Source of the DNA: Octopus vulgaris
Taxonomy: Eukaryota
Length of the DNA: 64,000 nucleotides
Assembly: GCA_951406725.2 (NCBI GenBank)
Contig: OX597819.1
Span: forward strand, 40,362,001-40,426,000
Direction of reading: 5' to 3'
The position numbers and the translations under genes are program-made. The notes beneath the pieces were generated by a model, which saw only the letters and a list, made by a program, of their open reading frames with translations, did not search any database and was not told where the DNA came from. Positions 52,350 through 64,000 of the stretch are shown here, one piece after another; position 1 is the first letter of the stretch, and every line of letters begins with the position of its first letter.

Positions 52350-52574
52350 AATAAATAAAGTCTTGTAATCAATAATAGAATTCACGTGTGGAAAAGTCCA
52401 GAGACACATAATAACATAATTGAGATTGAATTCACAATCCTAAGCATGTTGGTCATGCGAAAAGATTGAATCACGGGTTTAATATAATGGAATAATGATC
52501 AGCACAGCTAGTTTCCATTGATCTGCCGAGTGAAATTATTGTAATCCAGATAAAAGAATTTCCAGTGAGAATAT
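51571..52574. repeat. Long inverted repeat (~210-bp arms, ~570-bp spacer); probable long-TIR non-autonomous transposon
   Basis: 51571-51787 (ctggaaattcccgttatctggattacaataatttc..gaccaacatacttag) is a diverged reverse complement of 52357-52574 (ctaagcatgttggtc..gaaattattgtaatccagataaaagaatttccag). Confidence 0.85.
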
Positions 52575-52749
52575 ACTCCAGCCATGTCTTAAAAGATTTA
52601 CAAAGAATAAATGTAAAACAACTGGTAAGCTGGTTATTCTGATCAGGTGACAGTCACACGTTTGATCCATATCGGGAGACAGATTCCTGCTTATTCAGAT
52701 TAATGATGTATATATTATCATTATCACTTAACATCCATTTTCCCTATTT

Positions 52750-52819
<70 letters not shown>

Positions 52820-53137
52820 CATCATCTTCATCATCATTTATTATTCATTTTCCATGCTATGTATTTATACATTCCTTAAACAAAATTGGTTTGATGTCTT
52901 GTAATCGATATATATCAGAAATACAATCAGAAACACGAGGAATAAAAGGGGGAAATTAATGCAAATCAAAACGACTTGTAAACTAATTATTCTATTAAAC
53001 GTATGTTGTAATTTGAATTGTTTATTTCTCTGTTGGTGGAGCAGAAAATCAATCTGTTGCCCCAACAGCTTGAGGTTCTGGTTTTTGTTTTTAGATCCTG
53101 CAGCTAGCAAAATTAAATGTCGTATAAAAGACATGGG

Positions 53138-53360
53138 TTTAGCTTTTAAACCGACCATATCCGGCCAAAAGTACTCTGCCTGTTTTATGTTCAAACTGAC
53201 CAGATCTGGTCTCTCACACCAACCCTACAATATCATTTTAAGAGTTAACAGTTACCTCATCAAAATCTCAAAGCTACAAGATAATGCATGATTAATTCAA
53301 AGCAATGTGGATAAAAAAAGGATTAATTTTGGCAGAATAATGTGAACACTAAAGGGTTAA
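53138..53360. mobile_element. piggyBac-like MITE (family P)
   Basis: tttagcttttaaaccgaccatatccggcc..gaacactaaaggg-TTAA. Confidence 0.72.
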
Positions 53361-54974
53361 ATTGTTTAAAAAAACTCATACCACCCATGTAGAGGAAACA
53401 TAGGCTAGCAATACTGATTCAATAACATTTATATAGTTGGACTTATGTGTATGTTTACATGGGTTGGCTGGGTATAAAATGCATATTTCTTGGTCACGTT
53501 ACCTCGAGCAAATAGATTTGCTACAGAATAGTGAAAACTTTTTAGTTTTACAAGGAAAAAAGCTACCTCAATAGTGTTGGTTCCATGATAAAATGCACTC
53601 TGTACCCCACATTCTGTAAAGAGGTTGGCAAACAAATGGAAACAACATAGTCTCTAGAGGACCCTTTAGTCCTGCTTAGTACATGATAATTCTTTTATTT
53701 TTAGTGCTGGTGCCATGACAAAATGCAACCACACAAACATCATCATTATTTAACATCACCTTTTCAATGCTAGCATAGAGGTTGGACAGTTGAACATGAA
53801 ATGACAAGCCAGAGAACTGCACCAAGCTTCAATGTCTGTTTTGGTTGGATGCTCTTCCCAACGCCAACCACTTCACAGCATGTACGGGGTACTTTTTTTT
53901 TCATAGCACCAGTACTAGTGAGATCACCAAGTGCTCGCAATACAAGACTCTTCAACTGAGTTTGGTATGATGTTGAGGGTTAAGAAAGTAATAAGAGGGT
54001 CAGGAGCAGGTGTCTTACTGAAGAGATGAGTACATGGCTCCCCCATCTGGAAAGAGAGTGATGTGAGGTCAAGGTAGAAGGCAAATATATAAAAGAGATA
54101 TATAATAGGGACAGAGGAACTAAGTGCTTTTTCTTTAAGAAAACTATATTGTGTTTTACTATTTACATTATACAAAATATTCTTGAAATGCTATATTTCT
54201 CATTGTTATTTTATGAAACTAATTTGTTGCAAAAATCTGCAGCAGGTCAAGTCAATAGGATATTAGTCTTACCAAACAAAAGGTCAATGGTTTTCATCCT
54301 GTCGCCAATGTTGAGCTTCATGGCTTAAACACTTAAATCTCACAGTCTACTTAGTTGTAAACAGATATGATGATGATAGGTGAATCTCACATAGCTCTAA
54401 GCTTTGTCAGCATTCTCTCTATAATTTATGAGTTTTCCACCGACACCAGTAGCTTTTATGAGCCTGGAAATTTCCATGTAAGAGAAGCCTAGTATATCTT
54501 CCCTGGTACTTCTCCATGAAGAGTAAATCACCAATGTTGTCCCAACAACACAATTAGTTGCCATCAGAACTAAGAATCATCATAAAACATTTCGCTGACA
54601 ACAAAATGTTTAAAATTAACATAGAAACAATAACATTAATAATAGCTTCAGACTTGTAACAAATTGGAACAAAAACTTGCACCTGCTTTAATTCATTTGA
54701 TCAAAACAATGTTAGAGGAAAAATTATGCAAATAGGAAGGCCTCCACCAAGGAGGCTAATTAATGATCTTAAAAATAATATTGATCAATATATAGTTGAA
54801 ATTAGCATAATTAAATGATAATTAACATAAATTACATTAATAAAATACAAATGATAATTATTTAGAAAATATCATTATATGTAATTTTTTGTATTGCTAA
54901 AAAGATTACTGAAGTGATTTTAGTCTGCTTATAAACACTTCAACAGTATTGGAATTTGCAATTTACAATAACAA

Positions 54975-55171
<197 letters not shown>

Positions 55172-55669
55172 AATAAGTGATTTGGGCATGGAGGAGAAAG
55201 TAAATAAGAGAGCTTGATTTCCAGTTTAAAACCAGTTTACTTTAGATGACTAAAATCCTCAAGAAAAGCAATGACATTTATTTTCTCTATAAACTTAATG
55301 CCTTGTGTTTATCTAATGAAAGAAAAATATATATGTGGACAGACAGGCAAGCATGGCTGCATGGTCAAGAAGTTCATTTGACAACCATGCAAGGTCAGGT
55401 TCAGTCCCATTGCATAACACCTTAGGCAAGAGTCTTCAATTACAATCCCAGGTTAACCAGTCCCCAGCAACTGACAGAAACTTTATGGAAACCCTTCAGG
55501 TATGTGTTTGTCTGTTTCTGTATTTTGCCATATGACTAAGTTGGTTTGTTTACATCCTGTAACTTACTGAAATAAAATTAAGTACCAGTATTGATAAGAT
55601 CAATTAAACCCCTTCAAATGATGCCCCAGCATGGCTGCAGTCTAATGACTGAAACAAAAGCTTAAAATA

Positions 55670-56090
55670 ATCATCATCATCATCGTTTAACGTCCACTTT
55701 CCATGCTAGCATGGGTTGGACAGTTCAACTGGGGTCTGGGAAGCCCGAAGGCTGCACCAGGCCAGTCAGATCTGGCAGTGTTTCTACAGCTGGATGCCCT
55801 TCCTAACACCAACCACTCTATGAGTGTAGTGGGTGCTTTTTACGTGCCACCAGCACAGGTGCCAGACGAGGCTGGCAAACGGCCATGCTCGGATGGTGCT
55901 TTTTATGTGCCACTGGCACGGAGGCCAGGCAAGGCTGGCAATGGCCATGATCGGATGGTGTTTGTTACGTGCAACCAGCACGGAGGCCAGTCGATGCAGT
56001 GCTGGCAACGGCCACGTTCGGATGGTTCTCTTATGTGCCACCAGCACTGGTACCACAACTACAAATTCCATTGATGTTGATCGATTTCGA
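55670..56090 (-). mobile_element. Family E SINE-like element
   Basis: (CAT)n tail plus 62-67 bp tandem units; very similar to 25662-26030. Confidence 0.78.
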
Positions 56091-59000
56091 TTTTGATTTG
56101 ATTTTTTAATTTTTTTTTTTTTTAATGTTCAAAATTCTGCCCACATGTTTCTTTGATGTAGTGGCACGAGAGTGCTTTTTATTGTGGCACATATGTATAT
56201 AGACTGATCTTATTGGGGGTAGGATGGAGAAAATATGATGAATTAATAGTGGAAGGTACCTATTGTACAGGCCAGATCAAGACTTTTGAAGAGAATAAAA
56301 GCAGAGCTGAAAACATTGAATCTCACATGGAACAAAATGCAATCATGAACCAAGGAGGGGAGTCACTACATGGTCACTTGACCTGCCAGAAATAGCAACC
56401 AAAATTCTTTCATATCTCACCATACTGTCACCGTCAGAAAAGTACCACACTGGATCATGTGATCCTAGGTACATTGACAAAGACCAAAAAAAGATGGTCA
56501 TGGTTGGAGCGTCCTTGACCATAGATCTGTTCAATTGGAGCTAATCTGAAGTAACACAACAAAAATAGGTACAACAGGCGCCTTTTTATTCCCGACTTGA
56601 CATATTGTATGAGCATAGAAAAGCAGATGTTAAGACAATTCCGTTGCTGTTGATGCATTGAAACCATAGAACACTTTTGAAATGAAAGAACAACAACATT
56701 AATTAGCCTTAAACAAGTTAGTTGATTACAAAAATGCCGGAAATGATACTGTATTTATCACCCTAATGCCATTGGCTTCCGATAATGTACAACAATCTAA
56801 CAAGAATCCAACAACAAATTTGTTTATAATAGAAAACCTTGTCTGCAACAACAACAACAAAATGAATATATAAACAAATAAAGCAAATCAATGATGTTCT
56901 ATGGTACAACTTTGTAAAGAATCTGATACCTGATGAGAACCATTAGTAGTAATACCATTCATTAACCATGTTAGATTACACAGCTGTCACTCACAAGCAA
57001 GTAGGCCTGAATAGAATGTATCATACTTTTGCTAACAGCTGTACAAGCCTACACAATTGTGGGCAGAGAGTCATTCTCTCGGTTTCCTCCCACCCTTGAG
57101 GCATTGGAACATTCAGAATGTGATAGTAGGAAAGAGAGAGAGAGAGAACTGTATTAGCATTCAGCTAGAACTTATTTGCAACTGAATGGGCTGGAACAGC
57201 ATGAAATGAAGTGCTTTGCTTAAGAACACAATGCGACATCTGGTCCAGGAATTGAACCCACATCTTTATGGTCATGAGCTGAACACCCCCAACCACTCAG
57301 CCAAGTGCTTCCACTATGTTAGATTAACAGCTTTAGTTTTAACCAGTTATATCTTTTATCTTTTATCTGTTACTTGTTTCAGTCATTGGATTGCAGCCAT
57401 ACTGGGGCATCACTTTAGTTTAGTTGAACAAATTGGTACTAATTTCTTTTGCTGAACTGCTAAGTCACAGGGTCATAAACAAACAGACACTGTCAAGTAG
57501 TGGAAGGACGGACACACACACACACATACACACATAAAGCAGACTTCCACATAGCTTCTATCAACCAAATTTGCTTACAATACATTGGCTGGCCTGGGGC
57601 TATAATAGAAGAACCCAAAACCATATGACTGCAAAGCAAGCTCCTTAACCACTTGGCTGTGCCGGTTGTTATATACAGCAAAGTCTATACAAAATATTCA
57701 CATCTCCTCGCTTTCCCCTACTAGATGTGTGTAGTCATAAATACCCTTCTACAAGAACCTGCTCTGCACTCCCCCTCTTCATAGTAATCCTCTTGTTCCC
57801 CAGGATGAAACTGACTCCCCCACCACCACCACACCCCCAGTGATTATAATCCAGTAAACTGCATAGTAGTCTCGACAATGTGCAGATGGCATAAAAAAAA
57901 AAGCAGCACCCAGCCCATGATGTAAAATGGATGGCATTAGGAAAGACATCCAGCTGTAGAAACCAGGCCAAAGCAGACACTGGAGCATGATGCAGTTCTT
58001 GGACACTGGATTCTGTCGAGCAATCTGACCCTTGCCAGAATGGAACATGGAAGTTAAATGATGATGATGATGATATAAAGGCAGTGAAAGTTGTTATCTA
58101 CTGACAGCTAATCCTCACTCATCTAACCTAGAATGCTTTGTTGCAGATGTTCTCTTTATTAACTTATTTAATATAATCAATTATGTTTTATTAAACAGCT
58201 ACTAGCTGTGTTTGTGTCTATTTTTAAGCCAGTGAGGTCAATGATTATTTCTTTTTGTACTGTGAACAGAAATTTCTAATAGTTCTAATATGTACAAAAC
58301 AGAAAAATAAAAAAAAAAGTTAAAGCATATTTTTAAAGTATCTTAAAAACAAACAAAAAAATCAAAAATAAACTCAAGAAATTTTGAAAGAATATAAATA
58401 CAAAAGATGGCACTTTGGACAAATATCTACTACTGAACCTCATTTACCAAATTTCACTTACAAAGTATTGTGGAGTAGAATTTGGTAGAAGGAGTCTAAG
58501 TAGAAGCCAAGTAGTTAGGGGTGATTGGTTCAGAATCATAAGATCAAAGCTTCAATTCAGTGTATTGCGACCTTAAACAAGACACTTCATTTCATGTGGG
58601 TCCAGTCAATTCAACTGAAAATGATCATCAGCCAATTGCTGAGGCAGCCTTCTCTCCCTCTAGTTATCACATCCTCAATGATCCAATTAGTCAAGTGCAG
58701 GAAGATCAAAAAAGTGTTTATGCCTGCATGTGATCACATAGGTACCTAAAACAATTAGTGAAACCACGGTATAAGCTGCCAGATCATACTCACTTTGAAT
58801 GATGGGTATGCGTCTTATATATCAAAAAAAAAAAAGAATCAAAAGGTTCTTTTTGAGTCATAGGTTCATAAGACCAGTCTCCCAGATTCTGTAACATATA
58901 TATTACACGCTTGGAAGGGAGACCAGTACATCACAGAATTGCTCATTTTTGCCAGCTGGGTGGACTGGTGCAACATAAAATGAAATGTTTTGCACAAGAA

Positions 59001-59210
59001 CACACTGGACCAGGCAGTCTTATGATCATTAGTGCAACACCCTAACTATTAAGTCATGTGCCTAGACACACACACATATTGCAGTCAGATTTTTTAAAAT
59101 CTGAAGTCAATGCTATTATATAACTTTCTCAAGGTTATAATCTTTTTGAACAACAAGAGGAACTATTGCATTACTATACTCATTGGTTTGTGCATATAAA
59201 ATTTATATAA

Positions 59211-59633
59211 GGTGCAGGAGTGGCTGTGTGGTAAGTAGCTTGCTTACCAACCACATGGTTCCGGGTTCATTCTCACTGTGTGGCACCTTGGGCAAGTGTC
59301 TTCTACTATAGCCTCAGGCTGACCAAAGCCTTGTGAGTGGATTTGGTAGACGGAAACTGAAAGAAGCCAGTTGCATATATGTATATATATATATATGTAT
59401 GTGTGTGTAAACATTTGTGTGTCTGTGTTTGTCCCCCCAACATCGCTTGACAACTGATGCTGGCGTGTTTACACCCCCGTAACTTAGTGGTTTGGCAAAA
59501 GTGACCGATAGAATAAATACTAGGCTTACAAAGAATAAGTCCTGGGGTTGATTTGCTTGACTAAAGGCAGTGCTCCAGCATGGCCAGAGTCAAATGACTG
59601 AAACAAGTAAAAGAGTAAAAGAGAGTAAAGAGT
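59211..59633 (+). mobile_element. SINE family A, full length
   Basis: ggtgcaggagtggctgtgtgg..gtaaaagagtaaaagagagtaaagag. Confidence 0.88.
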
Positions 59634-60781
59634 ATAAATCTATACAATAGTCAATCAATTAAATAATTTATCAATTTGCCCTCTGTCACTATCATATCAA
59701 GTTACATCAAAAGTTAACTTAGTTGTTTGACAGACAGAGATCGATAAAATTAGTTAGAGGCTGAAATAAATACCGATATTTTCAACTAAAAATCCTATAA
59801 AAGTAGTGTCCTAGAATTGTATACACTGATATATAGCTTCACTATTTACAGTTTCATTTTAACATGTCCCATCAGTATTACAACAGTTGCTAGCACGTCC
59901 TTGACGATCAGCTGATTGCAGTTCTCCTCATTCTTCTCAGCCAATCAGCTTTCAGTTTCATGTTCTTGACTGAGGAATGCATCATACATACATATCAGTA
60001 GTCCCATATCTATATATATACATACACAACATTCTCGCACACTTCGTGCCACTCCCACATCATACTATTTTCCTTCATTTCAATAATTCTGATACATACA
60101 CACTTTATATATATGTGTGTGTGCGTGTGTCTGTGTGTATATAATTTCTTTGTCAAATCAATTCCATTATGCACACACAAAGTCAATGGTACTCTTACTT
60201 CCCACCAACTACCACTAATCACTACAAACATCAACAACTAAAACCACCATTGTTAACACCATCATCACCACTACTACTATGAAATAAGAGAACTAGTATA
60301 ATAGTAATAAAATGAACATTCACTAACTTTCTCAAGGACCTTTATTCAGCATAGGCTACAGACTCATGAGAGAAAGAGATCTTTTATCTGTTTGTTTCAG
60401 ACATTTGGCTGTGGCCATGCTGAAGAATTTTTAGTCAAATGAATCAAACCCAGTAATTATTATTTTTTTTTAAGCCTGGTACTTATTCTGTAGGTCTCTT
60501 TTTGCCAAACTGCTAAGTAATGGGAAAGTAAACACACTAGCACCAGTTGTCAAGCAGTGGTGGGGCACACATCTAATATAATAAATGTTAGTGTGTCACA
60601 CTTTTTCAACTTCACCCCAAGTGGCCGTTGCCCAACATACCATACGATTTTGGAATCAGGCTGACTCCACGAGTAAATCAAAAACATTCTGGGCCGAATC
60701 CAGACCTGCAATCCTGAAATTTCGGATTCATATGTTTTCATTACTGCGATTGTTTTCAGTGAATTTTTTTACATAATTTTT

Positions 60782-60880
60782 AGCAACGAATATGATCATT
60801 GGGATATGACTCTGGAGGAAGCAATTGCAACAAGTTCTCCAAAACAAGTCTGAGATCTGTTTGCAGATCTTCCCATTCAG
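60782..60880 (+). mobile_element. Helitron Rep/helicase coding remnant
   Basis: Translates DHWDMTLEEAIATSSPKQV*DLFADL, matching the RepHel motif DD..W..TL.EA....SP.QLR.LFA.IL. Confidence 0.6.
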
Positions 60881-62399
60881 GGTTAGTTGCTTAAAAGTCA
60901 CTCTATTGAACAGCTTTTAAGCTAGTAGAGAGTGCTAGATATCAGTGCAAGAAAGAGTTATAACAAGTGTGAGTAATCTCTCAAGACAGGATAAGAGTGA
61001 GAGGAGAGACAGAGTAAAGATAGAATGCATGAAAGAGAACGAAGGAGGAGAGAGAGGAAGAGAATGACTAACAGAAAACATATAGGAAGAGAAAGAGAAA
61101 GAAAGCCAGAGAACAGGTCACGTCATGTCTTGGTGTGTGGTGTGTAAACATGGATATTGGTTCTCCGTGAAAATAGAGTGGTTTGTTACAAGATGGGACA
61201 TCATGCTTTCAAACCAATAATCTTGAGCAAATAAAGAATAGAAGAGAGAGAGAATCAAATTTTACAATAGCATTAGAGAAACAGTCAGAGAGAGGGAGAG
61301 AGAGAATGGGTGGGGGGGGGGGCAGAGGAGGAGAAGAATGATTAAAGGAGAAATGTAAAAATTGTAACAAATGCAGAAACAACGAAAGACTATATTCATG
61401 AGCAAGAAGTAAAGAGAGCTTCAGTGAGAAACAGTAAATCACTTAAAGGTGATAAAACACAAATTTGTGAGTTCATGGAAAGAACAAGCAAGCTCAATTT
61501 TAGCTTAAAAGGGGTTAGAATAAATAAAAAGTGAAAAAAAAAAAATAAACACATTATGAAGAATGATGTAGATCTTCACTTTCACTTTAGCAAAAAAGAA
61601 ACTCTACACAATTGAAAATGTGCTTATCACATTTTTCCATCCATTTTTCTTTTGTTTTGTTTTGTTTTTTTTGTTGTTTTTTTTAACTCAAGAATAAAAT
61701 GAAACTAGACCCAATGGAATGTTACTTATAGAATTTGGTTTGGGTATCCATTTATAACATGGATTTGTGCCTTTCAATCCATACTGAATATATTAGAACT
61801 ACGCTTACATTAGAAATTGATATTTAACTATAATATTACATAATGTTAATGCATGGTTACTTTTAAAGTAACTCATTCAAAAATCATGTGTGTGAGTGTG
61901 TGTGGAATCGGAGACAAGGCAACAAGAAGAAGGAAAGCAGGGAAGCTAAAAAAAACAACTTCTCGACCAGACATAGATTTAAAGAAATGCTAGTTGGTAT
62001 GTATTACAAGGAAAAGGAGCCATGGTGGTGGAATGGAAGTGTGTACAGAGCCATAAAAGCTAAGATGTAGGAATGGAAAGATTGGAAGAAAATGGGAGAG
62101 TCAGAAACAATATCAAGCAACCAGAAGAGAAGTAAGATGTCATATATACTTAGCAAAAAGAGATGCTGAAAATAAGAAGTTTGCCAATGTTCTGTGATAA
62201 GAGGTTGAGAGATGTTGCAGATTGCAAAACAGTGTGCCAGTGCAGACCAAGACACTATTAGAGAAAAGTGAAAAGTGTATAGAATTGTAGCAGAGCACTT
62301 GTCTTCACTAATGCAAAAAGAAAAGAAAATTAAAAGGAATTACAAAGATGCTGGTAGCAAAGTAAGAGTTAGCAATGAATTCAATGCGCCTTCACTAGT

Positions 62400-62720
62400 C
62401 AATTAAGGTGAGACAGTGTCACGTGACAACTGCTGGGGCTGCCTGCTGGAGCCTAGCAGTGGGTATTTAAAGGGAAAAATTTGACAAGTCAGAAACTCGC
62501 TGACGATACATCGAAGAGGCCAAGGAACAGAAGAAAGAAGACATGCACTCAACACCAGAGTTGAAGACACTTCCGAAAGGGGGGGGGGGCACGTCAAAAC
62601 GGTTGAGGAGTAGGGGCCGAAACCAGATGTGGTTCCTCCTGATGATGTCTTGAGCTAACTGGATCCTATAAAGGAGCTGTTGTGGTAGCAGACCATGAAA
62701 CACGGTTGTAATTCCTTAAT
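62400..62720 (+). mobile_element. Penelope-like pseudo-LTR copy with hammerhead-like motifs
   Basis: Homologous (inverted) to 35050-35375. TATA-like gggtatttaaaggg, CTGATGA at 62639, a long hairpin, then GAAAC at 62697. Confidence 0.6.
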
Positions 62721-63164
62721 AGTCTCAGTCCCATTTGGTTTATTATAGTTTTTCAGACAGTAATAGAAAGATTTAAAACTGGCTGCCTATGGAAACTTCC
62801 ATATGCCAATGAATTAATTCTTATAACCAAATCTGTTGAATTAGAAAAGAAATTCTAGATATTAAAGTAAAGCTTAGAATCAAGAAGCCTCAAAGTAAAC
62901 CTTGCAAATATAAGTTTTAGTTAATAAGAAGACAAAACTCTACAGCCATCTGGGAAATGGCCATGCTCAACATGCAGAAAAGCGGTGGGTGGGAATTACA
63001 TACCTACAGTGTAACCAATACAAACTATGGGTGCATAGCAGTGCAGAGGTATCACAGGAAAGCTGACAGAGAATAAGGACCTTGTATTCAATAAATGCAC
63101 AAAAGTAGTTTGCAGTATGATTTCCTTCAGATGCCTAGCAGGTTCCTTAGAATTCACATTTCCT

Positions 63165-63392
63165 GTTACCTACATGTGATGCAAATGGAAGAGGAGAGCT
63201 GGTTCCAAGTGGAAGCATCTTGCAGAATTGGAAGACTGAAGAAGACATGGGAAGAAGCAGTAAATGCTGATCTTAGGATACTGACCCTCAAGAAGGAGGT
63301 AAGATCAAATCGTGTAACAACTGGCAAGAGGCTGTACTGGGGAAGACCCATATAATCTGTGCAAGCAGGGAAAAAATGGAGAAATGATGACA
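63165..63392 (+). mobile_element. RTE-clade LINE 3' end (degraded)
   Basis: HVMQMEEES..CRIGRLKKTWEEAVNADLRILTL, followed by gcaagcagggaaaaaatgga..atgatga, which resembles the family E tail. Confidence 0.7.
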
Positions 63393-64000
63393 AGAAAAGA
63401 AGATAACAATGTGAATTGTTTGTACACACACACACATCATTCTGCTTAAAAATGCCTTTATATCTACTCTTCAATCTTAGTATGCCTGCCAATATATTTA
63501 TCTGAATTATTTAAAATGACATTTTTTTTTAATTACTTAGTTCAGATAAGAGTAATAATACCACCCATGATGTATATAGACCATCCTAGACAGAAGAAGT
63601 AGGAAAGAAAATTGGATGAGATGAGTGTAGTTAATGATCAATTTGAATTACAACAAGCTTAATGGTCATTAAGGAATCATGATCAGGAAGAGAGTTTCTG
63701 ATCAACGTAGGAGCTCTAGGGAAGAAAGGAAACATTTTGTAAGGTTACAGAACAATGAGAAATGGTTAGTAGTTAAGTGCAGTTTGTGGTTGTGTAGTAA
63801 TGCAGATGATGATGATGGTAATCATCATCAACATTTTAACATCTACTTTCCAAGTCGGCATGGGTTGAGTAGGTTGTCAGAGTTCAAGTAAGTTCTTATT
63901 TGATGTTACTACTCTCTTAGTTTGGAGGACTGTGTCTCACCCTATATTTCAATGATATATTTTATGAAGCAGTATTTTTAAATAGGTGATAGAGAAGTGA

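Noticed and set aside
54391-54594. Possible minus-strand exon (AG at 54596-54595, GT at 54390) with a 55-aa ORF MATNCVVG.. (54564-54397)
   Set aside because: All three frames contain stops and there is no similarity to PISD N-termini. It cannot be supported without transcript data.
59211-59285. tRNA-like sequences at SINE heads (also 6388, 24975, 35705, 44383, 45395)
   Set aside because: They have box A/B but no complete cloverleaf, and each continues into a SINE body; not tRNA genes.

Overview
Eukaryotic, AT-rich, microsatellite- and repeat-dense genomic DNA. The SINE repertoire and (TA)/(CA)/(GA) load look like an octopus (coleoid cephalopod) genome; this is inferred, not proven. One protein-coding gene can be supported: phosphatidylserine decarboxylase (PISD) on the minus strand. 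Four exons splice in frame with GT-AG sites (38120-37884, 22015-21598, 20769-20609, 19948-19730; 344 codons plus TAG). They carry the SPSDG, YHRFHSP and LGST motifs and a 34-residue Ser-rich insert. I could not identify its N-terminal (mitochondrial-targeting) exons, which probably lie beyond 64000. Downstream of the stop is a ~7.8 kb tract with almost no transposons, a candidate very long 3' UTR. The rest is mobile-element DNA: four tRNA-headed SINE families, a SINE-like family with an RTE-like tail and internal tandem repeats, and fragments of CR1, RTE and R4/Dong LINEs. There are also Penelope-like repeats with hammerhead-ribozyme-like cores, a mariner relic, a Helitron, and piggyBac-, hAT-, pogo- and Merlin-like MITEs, often nested. 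Almost all ORF-track entries other than the PISD exons are microsatellite or repeat artefacts. I see no convincing novel multi-gene system. The best leads are RNA-structural: hammerhead-like motifs, a near-perfect 80-bp hairpin, inverted SINEs flanking a symmetric exon, and the long 3' UTR.
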